Assembly (NCBI GenBank): GCA_963828465.1
Contig: CAWHEU010000022.1
Span: 480,001-544,000, forward strand
DNA length: 64,000 nucleotides
Origin: an uncultured Acidobacteriota bacterium
GTDB lineage: Bacteria; Actinomycetota; Acidimicrobiia; Spongiisociales; ZC4RG35
Direction of reading: 5' to 3'
Shown here: piece after piece, positions 30,312 through 38,274 of the stretch
Layout: the number at the start of each line of letters is the position of its first letter
How positions within the stretch are numbered: the first letter of the stretch is position 1
The notes under the pieces: generated by a model
Database searches by the model: none
What the model was told of the DNA's origin: nothing
The model's input: the letters and a program-made list of their open reading frames with translations, nothing else
Position numbers and translations under genes: made by a program

Positions 30312-31693
30312 CCTTCGATCGCCTCGAGATTCTGGCGGGCCCACGTGTGGACGTCGAGCCTTCCCACCGTTCTCCTCAGCCTCGACATCCGTCTTGTTTG
30401 TTCCTCGGGGTCCATGACGACTGCCTCATGCAGAGCCACTGCCAGACCGTCGAGGTCGTACGGGTTCACGATGAGAGCGTCGGTTAGGCGCTCGGCTGCG
30501 CCGGCGAACTCGCTGAGAATCAAGGCACCCCGGTTGTCGTTTCGGGTTGCGACGTACTCCAGTGCCACGAGATTCATGCCGTCACGCAACGGCGTGATCA
30601 TCATCACGTCGGCGGCGAGATAGGCCCCGACCAGGTCTTCGAAGGAGTAGTTCCGATAGAGGTAATGAACCGGCGTCCATGACGCTCGGGCGAACCTTCC
30701 GTTGATCCGGCCCACCATCTCCTCGACCCGGCGTCGAATCGCCTGGTACTCGCCGACGTCCTCGCGGCTGGGCACGGCGATCTGGATGAACGAGACCTTT
30801 CCGATGAGCTCCGGATGGCGCTGCAACATGACCTCGAATGCACGGAGCCTGAGGTCGATCCCCTTGGAGTAATCGAGCCGGTCGACACCGAGGATCACAT
30901 GTTCAGGGTCTCCCAGATCGCTGCGGAGCCGTTCGGCGGCTTCTTTTGCCTCGGGGGCATTTCCCGCGGCCTTGCTCTGAGCGAGATCGACCGAGATCGG
31001 CACCGCCTGGGCCCTCACCAGACGGCCGTCGTACTCGAGGGCCGAGGCGGGGCCTTGTGCGCCCGTGATCTCGCGGGCGGCGGCAGCGAAGTTGAGCACG
31101 GCGCGCCGGGTCTGGAAGCCGAGGTAGTCGGCCCCGAGGAGACCTTCGAGGACCTGACGCCGCCAAGGAAGCCGCTCGAAGATGTCGACCGGTGGGAACG
31201 GGATGTGGAGGAAGAACCCGATCCTCACCCCAGGCAGTCGCTGGCGGACCATGGCCGGGACCAGTTGCAGCTGGTAGTCGTGCACCCAGACCTTGCCCTC
31301 GGGCCCGGCCGCACGAGCGACCGCCCGGGCGAAACGATCATTCACCTCCTGGTGGGGGTGCCACCAGTGCCGATGGAATTCGAGGGGACGGATGGCGTCG
31401 TGGTAGAGGGGCCATATCGTCCCGCTGCAGAAGCCGTCGTAGTGGTTCTCGACCTCTGACTCGGAGAGCACGACCGGCCGGTTCCGGATACCTGCGGCCG
31501 TGAACGACTTGGTGTCGCCACCGGGTCCCCCGTTCCAGCCCACCCACACCCCTCCGTTCTCACGGAGCACAGGCGCCAGGGCAGAGACGAGACCGCCGGG
31601 GCTGGTCTTCCATTTGCCGCTCCGCTCGTCCCAGGCGACGGGGAGACGATGGGCAGCCACCACGAGAGGGCTCCGGCCGCCATCTGGTTCCAC
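30308..31693 (-). CDS. otsA: Trehalose-6-phosphate synthase
   Basis: PGGLVSAL, WVHDYQL, FFLHIPFP, GVDRLDYSKG, DGMNLVA, LSEFAGA. Confidence 0.93.
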   Translation of the reverse strand: MEPDGGRSPLVVAAHRLPVAWDERSGKWKTSPGGLVSALAPVLRENGGVWVGWNGGPGGDTKSFTAAGIRNRPVVLSESEVENHYDGFCSGTIWPLYHDAIRPLEFHRHWWHPHQEVNDRFARAVARAAGPEGKVWVHDYQLQLVPAMVRQRLPGVRIGFFLHIPFPPVDIFERLPWRRQVLEGLLGADYLGFQTRRAVLNFAAAAREITGAQGPASALEYDGRLVRAQAVPISVDLAQSKAAGNAPEAKEAAERLRSDLGDPEHVILGVDRLDYSKGIDLRLRAFEVMLQRHPELIGKVSFIQIAVPSREDVGEYQAIRRRVEEMVGRINGRFARASWTPVHYLYRNYSFEDLVGAYLAADVMMITPLRDGMNLVALEYVATRNDNRGALILSEFAGAAERLTDALIVNPYDLDGLAVALHEAVVMDPEEQTRRMSRLRRTVGRLDVHTWARQNLEAIEG

Positions 31694-31776
31694 GGCTACG
31701 ACGATACCCGCTGCCCCGGACCCCCCAACCCGGCCATTTCGACGCCGCAGCACCGGGAGAATGGGAACATCGGGGC

Positions 31777-32154
31777 GTGCTGGCCGCGTTGAACATCGTG
31801 GCGATCGGTCTCGGCCTCGGAGCCGGGAGCCTCGCCGCCACCATTCTCGCTCTGACACTGGGCGGGCTACTGACGGTCGCCGGTGTGGAGGGAGGGGCCG
31901 ACATCGGCCTTGTCGTAGGAGTCGTGCTCGGATTGGCCGTGGCGGGCTGGGTCTCGGGTCAGATGGCCCGGCACTCCGAACGATTCCATGGCGCGGTGAC
32001 AGGATTGCTCCTGGCAGGGCTCATCGTCGTTGTGGCCAGGCTGGGAGGCAGCCCCGCGCCGACCGTGTCGGTGTTGTGGCTGGCACTGGTCGCTGCGGTC
32101 ATCGCCGGTTTCACCGGCTGGCTGGCCGGTCGACGAAAGCGATCCGGCCCGTAG
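31777..32154 (+). CDS. Four-TM hypothetical membrane protein
   Basis: Hydrophobic ORF with host-like codon usage. Confidence 0.65.
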   Translation: MLAALNIVAIGLGLGAGSLAATILALTLGGLLTVAGVEGGADIGLVVGVVLGLAVAGWVSGQMARHSERFHGAVTGLLLAGLIVVVARLGGSPAPTVSVLWLALVAAVIAGFTGWLAGRRKRSGP

Positions 32155-32160
32155 AATGAT

Positions 32161-32509
32161 GTAGTGAGCCCGCTGGGCGACCGCGGTCGAGAGATCGAGG
32201 AAAGTCCGGACTCCACAGGGCGTGGTGCTGGGTAACACCCAGGCGGGGTGACCCGACGGAAAGTGCAGCAGAGAGCAGACCGCCGATGGCCCGAGAGGGC
32301 ACAGGCAAGGGTGAAACGGTGAGGTAAGAGCTCACCAGCGTCGCAGGCGACTGCGACGGCTCGGCAAACCCCACCAGGAGCAAGGCCAAGCAGGGACGTC
32401 GGCGGCCCGTCGATCAAGTCCTGGGTAGGCCGCATGAGCGCATCGGCAACGGTGCGCCCAGATGGATGGTCGTCCTCGACAGAATCCGGCTTACAGGCGG
32501 ACTCATTAC
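32161..32509 (+). ncRNA. rnpB: RNase P RNA (bacterial type A)
   Basis: GAGGAAAGTCCGGACTC, GGAAAGTGCAGCAGAGAG, GGGTGAAACGGTGAGGTAAGAGC, GGCAAACCCCACCAGGAGCAAGGC, ACAGAATCCGGCTTAC; 5'/3' P1 pairing. Confidence 0.97.
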
Positions 32510-32547
32510 GCCAAACCCCCTCTAACCAGGGGGTTTGGCCTTTTCTA
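32478..32547 (+). repeat. att-like direct repeat, copy 1 (rnpB 3' end plus terminator hairpin)
   Basis: GACAGAATCCGGCTTACAGGCGGACTCA-tta-CGCCAAACCCCCTCTAACCAGGGGGTTTGGCCTTTTCTA; 67/70 identical to 35648-35717. Confidence 0.93.
32510..32545 (+). terminator. rnpB intrinsic terminator (duplicated at 35680-35715)
   Basis: GCCAAACCCCCT-CTAACC-AGGGGGTTTGGC-CTTTTC. Confidence 0.8.
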
Positions 32548-32720
32548 GACGTTCTCCGAAGCCGCCATTGCACGAGGATTCAACAAGAGCGCCGGTCCAA
32601 GCTGAGAATCGACTGCTTCGGTGGTCCGCTGGTCATCGTCAGGCCAGAGGTGCGAGTACGTGTCGAGCGTCTCCTGCGCGGTGGCATGGCCCAACCGTCG
32701 CTGCACGACGGTCACTGAAC
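32545..32720 (-). pseudogene. C-terminal remnant of a tyrosine recombinase/integrase
   Basis: SVTVVQRRLGHATAQETLDTYSHLWPDDDQRTTEAVD (LGH box II plus catalytic Tyr); N-terminal part absent; stop codon lies in the repeat end. Confidence 0.85.
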
Positions 32721-32788
32721 AAGGGTGGGGCAAGCCCCGGTGACTGTAAGAGGACCTCACTTCTGTCACTGCCAGTCCATACGTTCCG

Positions 32789-32899
32789 ATGATGACCGAT
32801 TGTCCGAACTGCGACCACCCGGTGATCTATCACAACGAGCATGGATGTTTTGCCGCACCGGATTGTGACTGCACCGAACAGTCCGACCGCGCAAATTGA
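32789..32899 (+). CDS. 36-aa Cys/His-rich putative metal-binding peptide
   Basis: MMTDCPNCDHPVIYHNEHGCFAAPDCDCTEQSDRAN; below the ORF-track cutoff. Confidence 0.5.
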   Translation: MMTDCPNCDHPVIYHNEHGCFAAPDCDCTEQSDRAN

Positions 32900-33063
32900 G
32901 ATGGTGCGGGCGGCGGCCTGACCGACGCGAGCAAGGGAAGGTTCGCGAAAAGTCGATGGACCCCAAACGACGCCATGAGCGATTGCATGGGTGAGGACTC
33001 CCTGGGCGTTCAGGTCCTCGAGGAAGGTCCCGGTCTCACCAACTGGCCGAGGGCGCTTCCGGG

Positions 33064-33110
33064 ACGACGAGACCCCCTGGGTTTGATGTGGGCCAGGGGG
33101 TCTGTCGTTT
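33064..33110. repeat. Hairpin H1 (related to H2)
   Basis: ACGAC-G-AGACCCCCTGG...CCAGGGGGTCT-GTCGT-TT. Confidence 0.75.
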
Positions 33111-33223
33111 ACCCGCTTCGCTCCGAACGACTGTACCCGGCCACGCCGGGCCGATTGAGTGGGCAGCAATAAGTGTTTGGTGCGGGGGGCGCCTTGTGCG
33201 TCCGCTACGAACCCGCACAAATC

Positions 33224-33282
33224 GACAACCCCCCAAAGCTCGTCGAATCACGTCAGAAACGGCCAGCCATTGGGGGGTTCTC
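33224..33282 (+). repeat. Internal repeat R1 (59-bp imperfect palindrome)
   Basis: GACAACCCCCCAAAGCTCGTCGAATCACGTCAGAAACGGCCAGCCATTGGGGGGTTCTC. Confidence 0.85.
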
Positions 33283-33308
33283 TCTTGCGTGATCCCTAAT
33301 CTCCGCTG

Positions 33309-33836
33309 GTGGATCACTTCTTTGGAGAAGACCTCCTCTTTGAAGTGCCCGTTTATCGGATCTCCTACGACGAGTTTCACAAGGAGTTAAAAGACACCAT
33401 TCTGGAGACCGCAAGGAACATGGAAGGCTCAGACTCATGGGGTCAGCTTCCTCACGCGGAGATCCGCGAGGAAGCTGAGAGATGGGCGCTGCGAAGGTAT
33501 GGTCGCCCGTACTGGTACAACGAGATGATCGGTGTCATCCGCATATACCAAGACGGCGGATCGATCAAGGGTCAATTCTGGGGTCAGCCTCAGAAGTCAT
33601 TTCGTCGGAACTTCCGCCATTACAACTACCGGGACCGGGGTCGTGTCATCGAAATCCATGAACCGCCAGGTGACCTGACCTCGATGGATGTGTATGAGGA
33701 GCTGAGGGATGACCTTCGTGGCCTCACTCGAAAGGGTGGAACACTCGAGCGCAGACACGTCGATCTGAGCACGTTTGAGCGGCTTGGGCCCTACATCGAT
33801 TGGTTGAAGGTGTTGGGCTGGCGACAGGGCACCTAG
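33309..33836 (+). CDS. Orphan cytoplasmic protein (island cargo)
   Basis: 175-aa ORF starting 26 nt after R1; codon usage unlike the host. Confidence 0.75.
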   Translation: MDHFFGEDLLFEVPVYRISYDEFHKELKDTILETARNMEGSDSWGQLPHAEIREEAERWALRRYGRPYWYNEMIGVIRIYQDGGSIKGQFWGQPQKSFRRNFRHYNYRDRGRVIEIHEPPGDLTSMDVYEELRDDLRGLTRKGGTLERRHVDLSTFERLGPYIDWLKVLGWRQGT

Positions 33837-34081
33837 GTCCGGGCCCGCAGCACCGTAATGAAGAGGCCTACCGGGGGCCCGTGATGTTGGACGATTGGCG
33901 ATGCGTGCAGTGGTTGTCACGATGTCGAGGCCCCAACAAACCAGTTACGAAGACGCGTCGATCCTCACGGGTTAGGCACGACCAAAGTTTCGCGCTTTCG
34001 TTTTCGCGCCGTGGAAATTGGGAAAGTGAGTGCCCGAATAGGAGTGCAGGGCGTCCAAGTCCGGCGAGCTCCGTTCCACAC

Positions 34082-34132
34082 ACGACGAATCCCCCTGGAT
34101 TTGGGGGAGGCTCCAGGGGGATTCTGTCGTTT
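34082..34132. repeat. Hairpin H2 (related to H1)
   Basis: ACGAC-GAATCCCCCTGGA...TCCAGGGGGATTC-T-GTCGT-TT. Confidence 0.75.
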
Positions 34133-34199
34133 CCCTCCGTTGAGATTGCACCGAGGAGGACCGAATGGCTGGATATCAGGACGGAGAGCTGGCGGCAAC

Positions 34200-34706
34200 G
34201 TGATCGTCCTCATCCGCCTCTGGGCTTTTCTCCGCTACGTCTTGGCGTTGGCCGGGTTTGTGTGCCTCCTCCTCACGGTGAGCACTGTCACCGGGTGGTT
34301 CACCGTGTCCGCCGAGGGCGCGCAGCTCGAGTGGTATTGGCTGCTCGCCGCAGCGTTCATGCTCGGCTTCCTCAGCACCGTCGGTGACACGCCATTCCCA
34401 GGTGTCTCCCGCGATGGACCTCGCCAGGTGGCTCCGGATCGGCTGGCTCCCAGTCTCGGTCATCCCATTCCGGAAGTTATCCGGGCGATGCTTGTCGCAG
34501 GAGTTTGGGGAGGTCTCACCTACCTGCTTGGCCTCCATCCGATCGTGATTTTTGCTGTAGCGGCCCTCGTCGGGATCGGCTTATCACTCCGCCGACAGAG
34601 GAGAGGGCGGCACGGTGTAGCAGCTAGAGACAGGCTGAGGAGATCCCAAATTCAGGACCGCTCTGAAACAGGGCCGAAGCCAATGATTGGGAGCTGGTGG
34701 CCATGA
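34200..34706 (+). CDS. Orphan four-TM membrane protein (island cargo)
   Basis: Four hydrophobic segments; GTG overlaps the TGA of a 12-codon ORF (34165-34203, GGAGG RBS), so either translational coupling or an indel. Confidence 0.6.
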   Translation: MIVLIRLWAFLRYVLALAGFVCLLLTVSTVTGWFTVSAEGAQLEWYWLLAAAFMLGFLSTVGDTPFPGVSRDGPRQVAPDRLAPSLGHPIPEVIRAMLVAGVWGGLTYLLGLHPIVIFAVAALVGIGLSLRRQRRGRHGVAARDRLRRSQIQDRSETGPKPMIGSWWP

Positions 34707-34759
34707 GGCAATCCCCGTCGGGGGGTTCTCTATTCGTGACATGTGGAATCGAAAAAAGA

Positions 34760-34803
34760 CTCGTCGCATCACGTCAGAAACGGCCAGCCATTGGGGGGTT
34801 CTC
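34760..34803 (+). repeat. Internal repeat R2
   Basis: 43/44 identical to 33239-33282; a short partial copy (AATCCCC-GTC-GGGGGGTTCTC) lies at 34710-34730. Confidence 0.88.
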
Positions 34804-34842
34804 AGCCTTCGCGGTATCTGTCGCACGGAATAACTTGATCGC

Positions 34843-35335
34843 ATGAACGAATGGCTGACGGCCCTAGCCATCCTCGCTCCCCTGCTTGGAGTCTGGATTG
34901 GCGGCGTGCTTGAACGTCGCTCCCGATCGGAAGAACGAGAGCGATTAGAGCGGTGGGAACTCGTTAAAGACTCTTCGCGCATCCTGGGACGAGTGGGCCT
35001 CCTGCTGCGAACGAGCGACCCAAAGACCTATCACCTCTTCGTCCTGCCAGGGAGTGACTCTGCAACGAAGATCACGGAGAAGAGCGACGAAGCCGGCGCG
35101 CTGGCTCCGATGATGTCGGAGCTCGCGGTCCGATGGCCAGCTGCTGCAGACGATCTTCTCATCCTCGAGAAGGGAACTCGGGATGCTTGCAATCAACCTC
35201 GGCCTGGTGGTTCTCACCTCAGACGATCCTGAGAGCGACCAACTGGACCCGGCGATTCGTTCGCACGGAAAGGCGACAGCGGCTCTGGATCGACTCACGA
35301 AACGTCTGCACAGTCGCGAGCCAGCAATCAACTAA
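34843..35335 (+). CDS. Orphan protein with N-terminal TM helix (island cargo); indel near 35173
   Basis: MNEWLTALAILAPLLGVWIGG..., continuing in the shifted frame ELGMLAINLGLVVL...HSREPAIN* to TAA 35335. Confidence 0.65.
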
Positions 35336-35470
35336 GGCCAGCATTGCATTCTTTGAGAGTCCGATGCCGGCGAAGTTTTTTCGCCACCCTCTCCGGCCTT
35401 CCCGAACTCGACTCTCCAGGTCCTAGTCTTTCGTTGACCACATCAACCGGCTGCGGCCCCTGTCCGGTGT

Positions 35471-35500
35471 TCTGGAAGCGGCCAGCCCATTGGGGTTCTC
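35471..35500 (+). repeat. Internal repeat R3 (degenerate)
   Basis: TCTGGAAGCGGCCAGCCCATTGGGGTTCTC vs R1/R2 TCAGAAACGGCCAGCCATTGGGGGGTTCTC. Confidence 0.7.
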
Positions 35501-35514
35501 TGTCCGACGCTCCC

Positions 35515-35634
35515 ATTCAACAGATATTCAACAAGAGGCCGTTGAATCAGGTAGAAACGTGTAGAAGCAGGTAGAACCGTCGGGATGGTGTTTCCCCAGG
35601 TCACCGCCGGAAAACGGCACGTCTTCCCAGGTCA
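35515..35634. promoter_or_regulatory. Candidate integrase arm-type / accessory-factor binding sites
   Basis: ATTCAACA at 35515 and 35526, inverted GTTGAAT at 35541, GTAGAA x3 at 10-bp spacing (35551/35561/35571), CCCAGGTCA x2 (35595, 35626); ATTCAACAAGAG also at 32578. Confidence 0.6.
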
Positions 35635-35647
35635 GAAAGGTGCCGGT

Positions 35648-35717
35648 GACAGAATCCGGCTTACAGGCGGACTCACCTCGCCAAACCCCCTCTAACCAGG
35701 GGGTTTGGCCTTTTCTA
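35648..35717 (+). repeat. att-like direct repeat, copy 2
   Basis: Duplicate of the rnpB 3' end plus terminator; differs only at cct vs tta. Confidence 0.93.
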
Positions 35718-35924
35718 AGCCTTACGCGGTCCCCGTGAACCGGAGTGCGGGCTACTGGTCGGCCTGGTATGTCTGCCGCGTTGGATGTTTTCGGGTGGCA
35801 CTGGGGCGGCATATGTTCCGCACGATTCGGACATAGCGCCAACGTGCATCCATGGCGATTTGGCGTTCGCTCTGATAATCCACTCGCCGCAATGCCGACA
35901 CAGGGCGTCGGGTTTGTTCGACAT
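35715..35924 (-). CDS. Small phage-like CxxC...WxH...C protein
   Basis: MSNKPDALCRHCGEWIIRANAKSPWMHVGAMSESCG; stop lies in the repeat end. Confidence 0.45.
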   Translation of the reverse strand: MSNKPDALCRHCGEWIIRANAKSPWMHVGAMSESCGTYAAPVPPENIQRGRHTRPTSSPHSGSRGPRKA

Positions 35925-36033
35925 CGGTTCCGTTATCGGTATCGAGCGGGAATTCCTGTACCGCGGCGGCCCGGCGTGCGGATCGGGCGACGAATCCCCC
36001 GCTGATATCGACCGTCAAGGGTTCGGTTCGCCT

Positions 36034-36432
36034 CTACGACGAAATCGCGGCGACGGCGCTGACCTCGATCAGCGCACCGGGCACTCCTAGCGCGGCCACC
36101 CGAGCGCCTACAACCGGCGGGGTCGCTCCCGCCAACTCGGCGGCTGCGACCGGATAGGCCGCATCGAGGTCGACGCCGTCGACGAACAGAACCGTCATCA
36201 TCACCAGGTCCTGGACGCTTGCGCCGGACGCGGCCAGCGCGATGTGCAGGTTCTTCATCACCTGTTGGGTCTGGGCGGCGACGTCGTCGCCACCGACGAG
36301 GGCCCCATCGCCGTCGACGGCGTTCTGGCCACCGATGTATACGGTCGTAGCGCCCGGCGGCACGACCGCGACGTGCGTGAAAGCTGGGGATTGCACAAGT
36401 CCTTCTGGCCGAAGCAGTGACGTCTGCGCCAT
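36034..36432 (-). CDS. RidA/YjgF-family protein
   Basis: FTHVAVV, VYIGGQ, QTQQVMKNL, LIEVSAVA; GAGGAG RBS. Confidence 0.87.
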   Translation of the reverse strand: MAQTSLLRPEGLVQSPAFTHVAVVPPGATTVYIGGQNAVDGDGALVGGDDVAAQTQQVMKNLHIALAASGASVQDLVMMTVLFVDGVDLDAAYPVAAAELAGATPPVVGARVAALGVPGALIEVSAVAAISS

Positions 36433-36584
36433 GCGTCCATCTCCTCAGTCCCGACCGTCGGCCGGGTCATTAAGGGCACGATGCTACGCGTCGGCGACCG
36501 GCTCACAGGCACCTGCTCCGGGTCTCACGCAGGACTGTGCACCGGCGTGCCCAAGCTCCTTGCGCGGCTCCCTTCGACCAGGGG

Positions 36585-37367
36585 CTAGTGCGGGAGATCG
36601 AGCTCTACCCACACGGCGGCGTGGTCGCTCAGCTTGCCGTCGAGCCAGTCTTCGCGGTAACCGCACCGCGCTGCCCGCGCCGATTGGGACGCATACACGT
36701 GGTCGTAACGGCGCCGCTTCGGGTGGCGTCCTCTTGGGATGTAACTCGTTGGATTCTCCGCAAACCCATTCAGCCACCGGTAGGCGTCGCTGAGGTCGTG
36801 GTCGCGCAAGCCCCACAGGACCGCACCCTCGGCTTGCTCCCAGCGCTCCGCCAGCTCAGGGTGGCTCGACGCCCAAGTCTCGATCGACCCGTCCTCCTGC
36901 TCTGCCTGTGGGGTGTTGAAGTCGCCGCACAAGATCCGCGGCCCGTGCGCTGGGCGGGCGAGCCGAGCGTAGATGCCTTCGAACGTCTTGAGCTTCTCGA
37001 CCGGCCGGCTCACGCCGGGAGGCAGGTGCGCATTGTGGATCTCTAGGGCGGTGTTAGGAATAGACACCAGCGCTGAAAGCACCTTTTCGGGATAGGGGAT
37101 CTCGCACCCGCCCTCGGGCAGCACTCCGAGCGGCCACCGGCTCGCGATCAGATTGGCATAGCGTCGGCCGGGGCCGATCAGGTGTGTACTGCTCGCGATT
37201 GCAGTTAGACCGGCGTCCGTCAGATGCTTTCGCCAGCCGGGCTCAGACCCATGGGTGACCTCTTGAAGGCAGACGAGAAGCGGCTGCTCGCCGAGAAGCG
37301 CTTAGGCCTGACGCCCGAGGGTGGCGTCTACCCGACCATTGACGTTCCAAGAGAAGAGCTTGAGCAC
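36585..37367 (-). pseudogene. Endonuclease/exonuclease/phosphatase (EEP) family gene with in-frame TAA at codon 22
   Basis: LKLFSWNVNG...RQA*ALL...CLQEV...CGDFNTP...YDHVY...SDH; stop at 37302-37304. Confidence 0.75.
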
Positions 37368-37591
37368 GCTACCGCCTATGCAGTCGCCCCCATCCTCGCC
37401 GATCTGACGCTATGCATTTCCATGCTGCCGACAATCGGATTTCTGTCCGAGAATGCACGACGCGGGCCGGACCGCAGCGGATTCCTGAAATCCAGCGGGT
37501 TCCAGGCGCCCCGGCATAGCCTGAATGTCGTCTGAAACCTTCCCGGCCGCTCGTGGGTCGAACCAGCGGAACCAAGAGGAGGATTGCTCGT

Positions 37592-38272
37592 ATGGTCGTC
37601 AACAAGTACCTGGCCGAGTTCCTGGGGACCTTTGTCCTGGTTTTCTTCGGGTCCATGGGGATCCTCGCCGTCGGTGGTGCCGTTGGAGCCGCCGAGATCG
37701 TTGCGATCTCATTTGCCTTCGGGCTTGCGCTTCTGGCCGGCATCTGGGCCGTGGCGCACATCTCCGGAGCTCACTTCAACCCAGCCGTGACCCTGGCGAT
37801 GCTGATCGACGGCCGGACTTCGTTCGGAGACGCGATCGGGTATTGGGTCGGGCAGTTCGCCGGTGCCACGGTCGCCTCGCTCGTGGTCATGGCGGCTACC
37901 AGCCGCGAGGCAGTCGGGGGGACGGTTACCGGTTACGCGAACCTGACCACCGGGATCATCATGGAGATAATCCTCACCGCCGTCTTCATATGGATGATCA
38001 TGGCTGTCACCAGGACGGGTGGGAGTCATGCCGCTGCCGGCATCGCCCTGACCCTGGTCGGGGTCCATTTGGCCGGCATCCCGTTCTCCGGGGCGTCGGT
38101 GAACCCGGCTCGTTCCTTCGGGCCGGCGGTGGTTTCGGGCGATTTCGACCAGCTCTGGGTCTACATCGTGTTCCCGCTTGTGGGTGGGCTAGTCGCATGG
38201 GGCCTGTACCGGCTGTTCCCAGCGGCAACGCCCTCGGCGGTGGACACGGTGGAAGTCGTGACCGAGACCTGA
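37592..38272 (+). CDS. Aquaporin (MIP family, AqpZ-like)
   Basis: AEFLGT, ISGAHFNPAV, SVNPARSFGPA. Confidence 0.92.
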   Translation: MVVNKYLAEFLGTFVLVFFGSMGILAVGGAVGAAEIVAISFAFGLALLAGIWAVAHISGAHFNPAVTLAMLIDGRTSFGDAIGYWVGQFAGATVASLVVMAATSREAVGGTVTGYANLTTGIIMEIILTAVFIWMIMAVTRTGGSHAAAGIALTLVGVHLAGIPFSGASVNPARSFGPAVVSGDFDQLWVYIVFPLVGGLVAWGLYRLFPAATPSAVDTVEVVTET

Positions 38273-38274
38273 CC

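Larger units (their letters stand above)
32478..35717. mobile_element. ~3.2-kb integrative element (integrase-defective) inserted at the rnpB 3' end
   Basis: Flanking 70-bp direct repeat, tyrosine-integrase remnant, arm-type-like repeats, visibly more AT-rich orphan ORFs. Confidence 0.82.

Noticed and set aside
31959-32573. ORFs overlapping rnpB, and the shared peptide RKGQTPWLEGVWR.ESACKPDSV in ORF 35528..35842
   Set aside because: Antisense translation of the RNase P RNA and its duplicated 3' end.
33224-35500. Island repeats as a CRISPR array or Tn3-type inverted repeats
   Set aside because: Spacing is gene-sized and irregular, and there are no cas genes. All copies are in direct orientation, and the conserved part lies upstream of the GGGG, unlike Tn3 ends.
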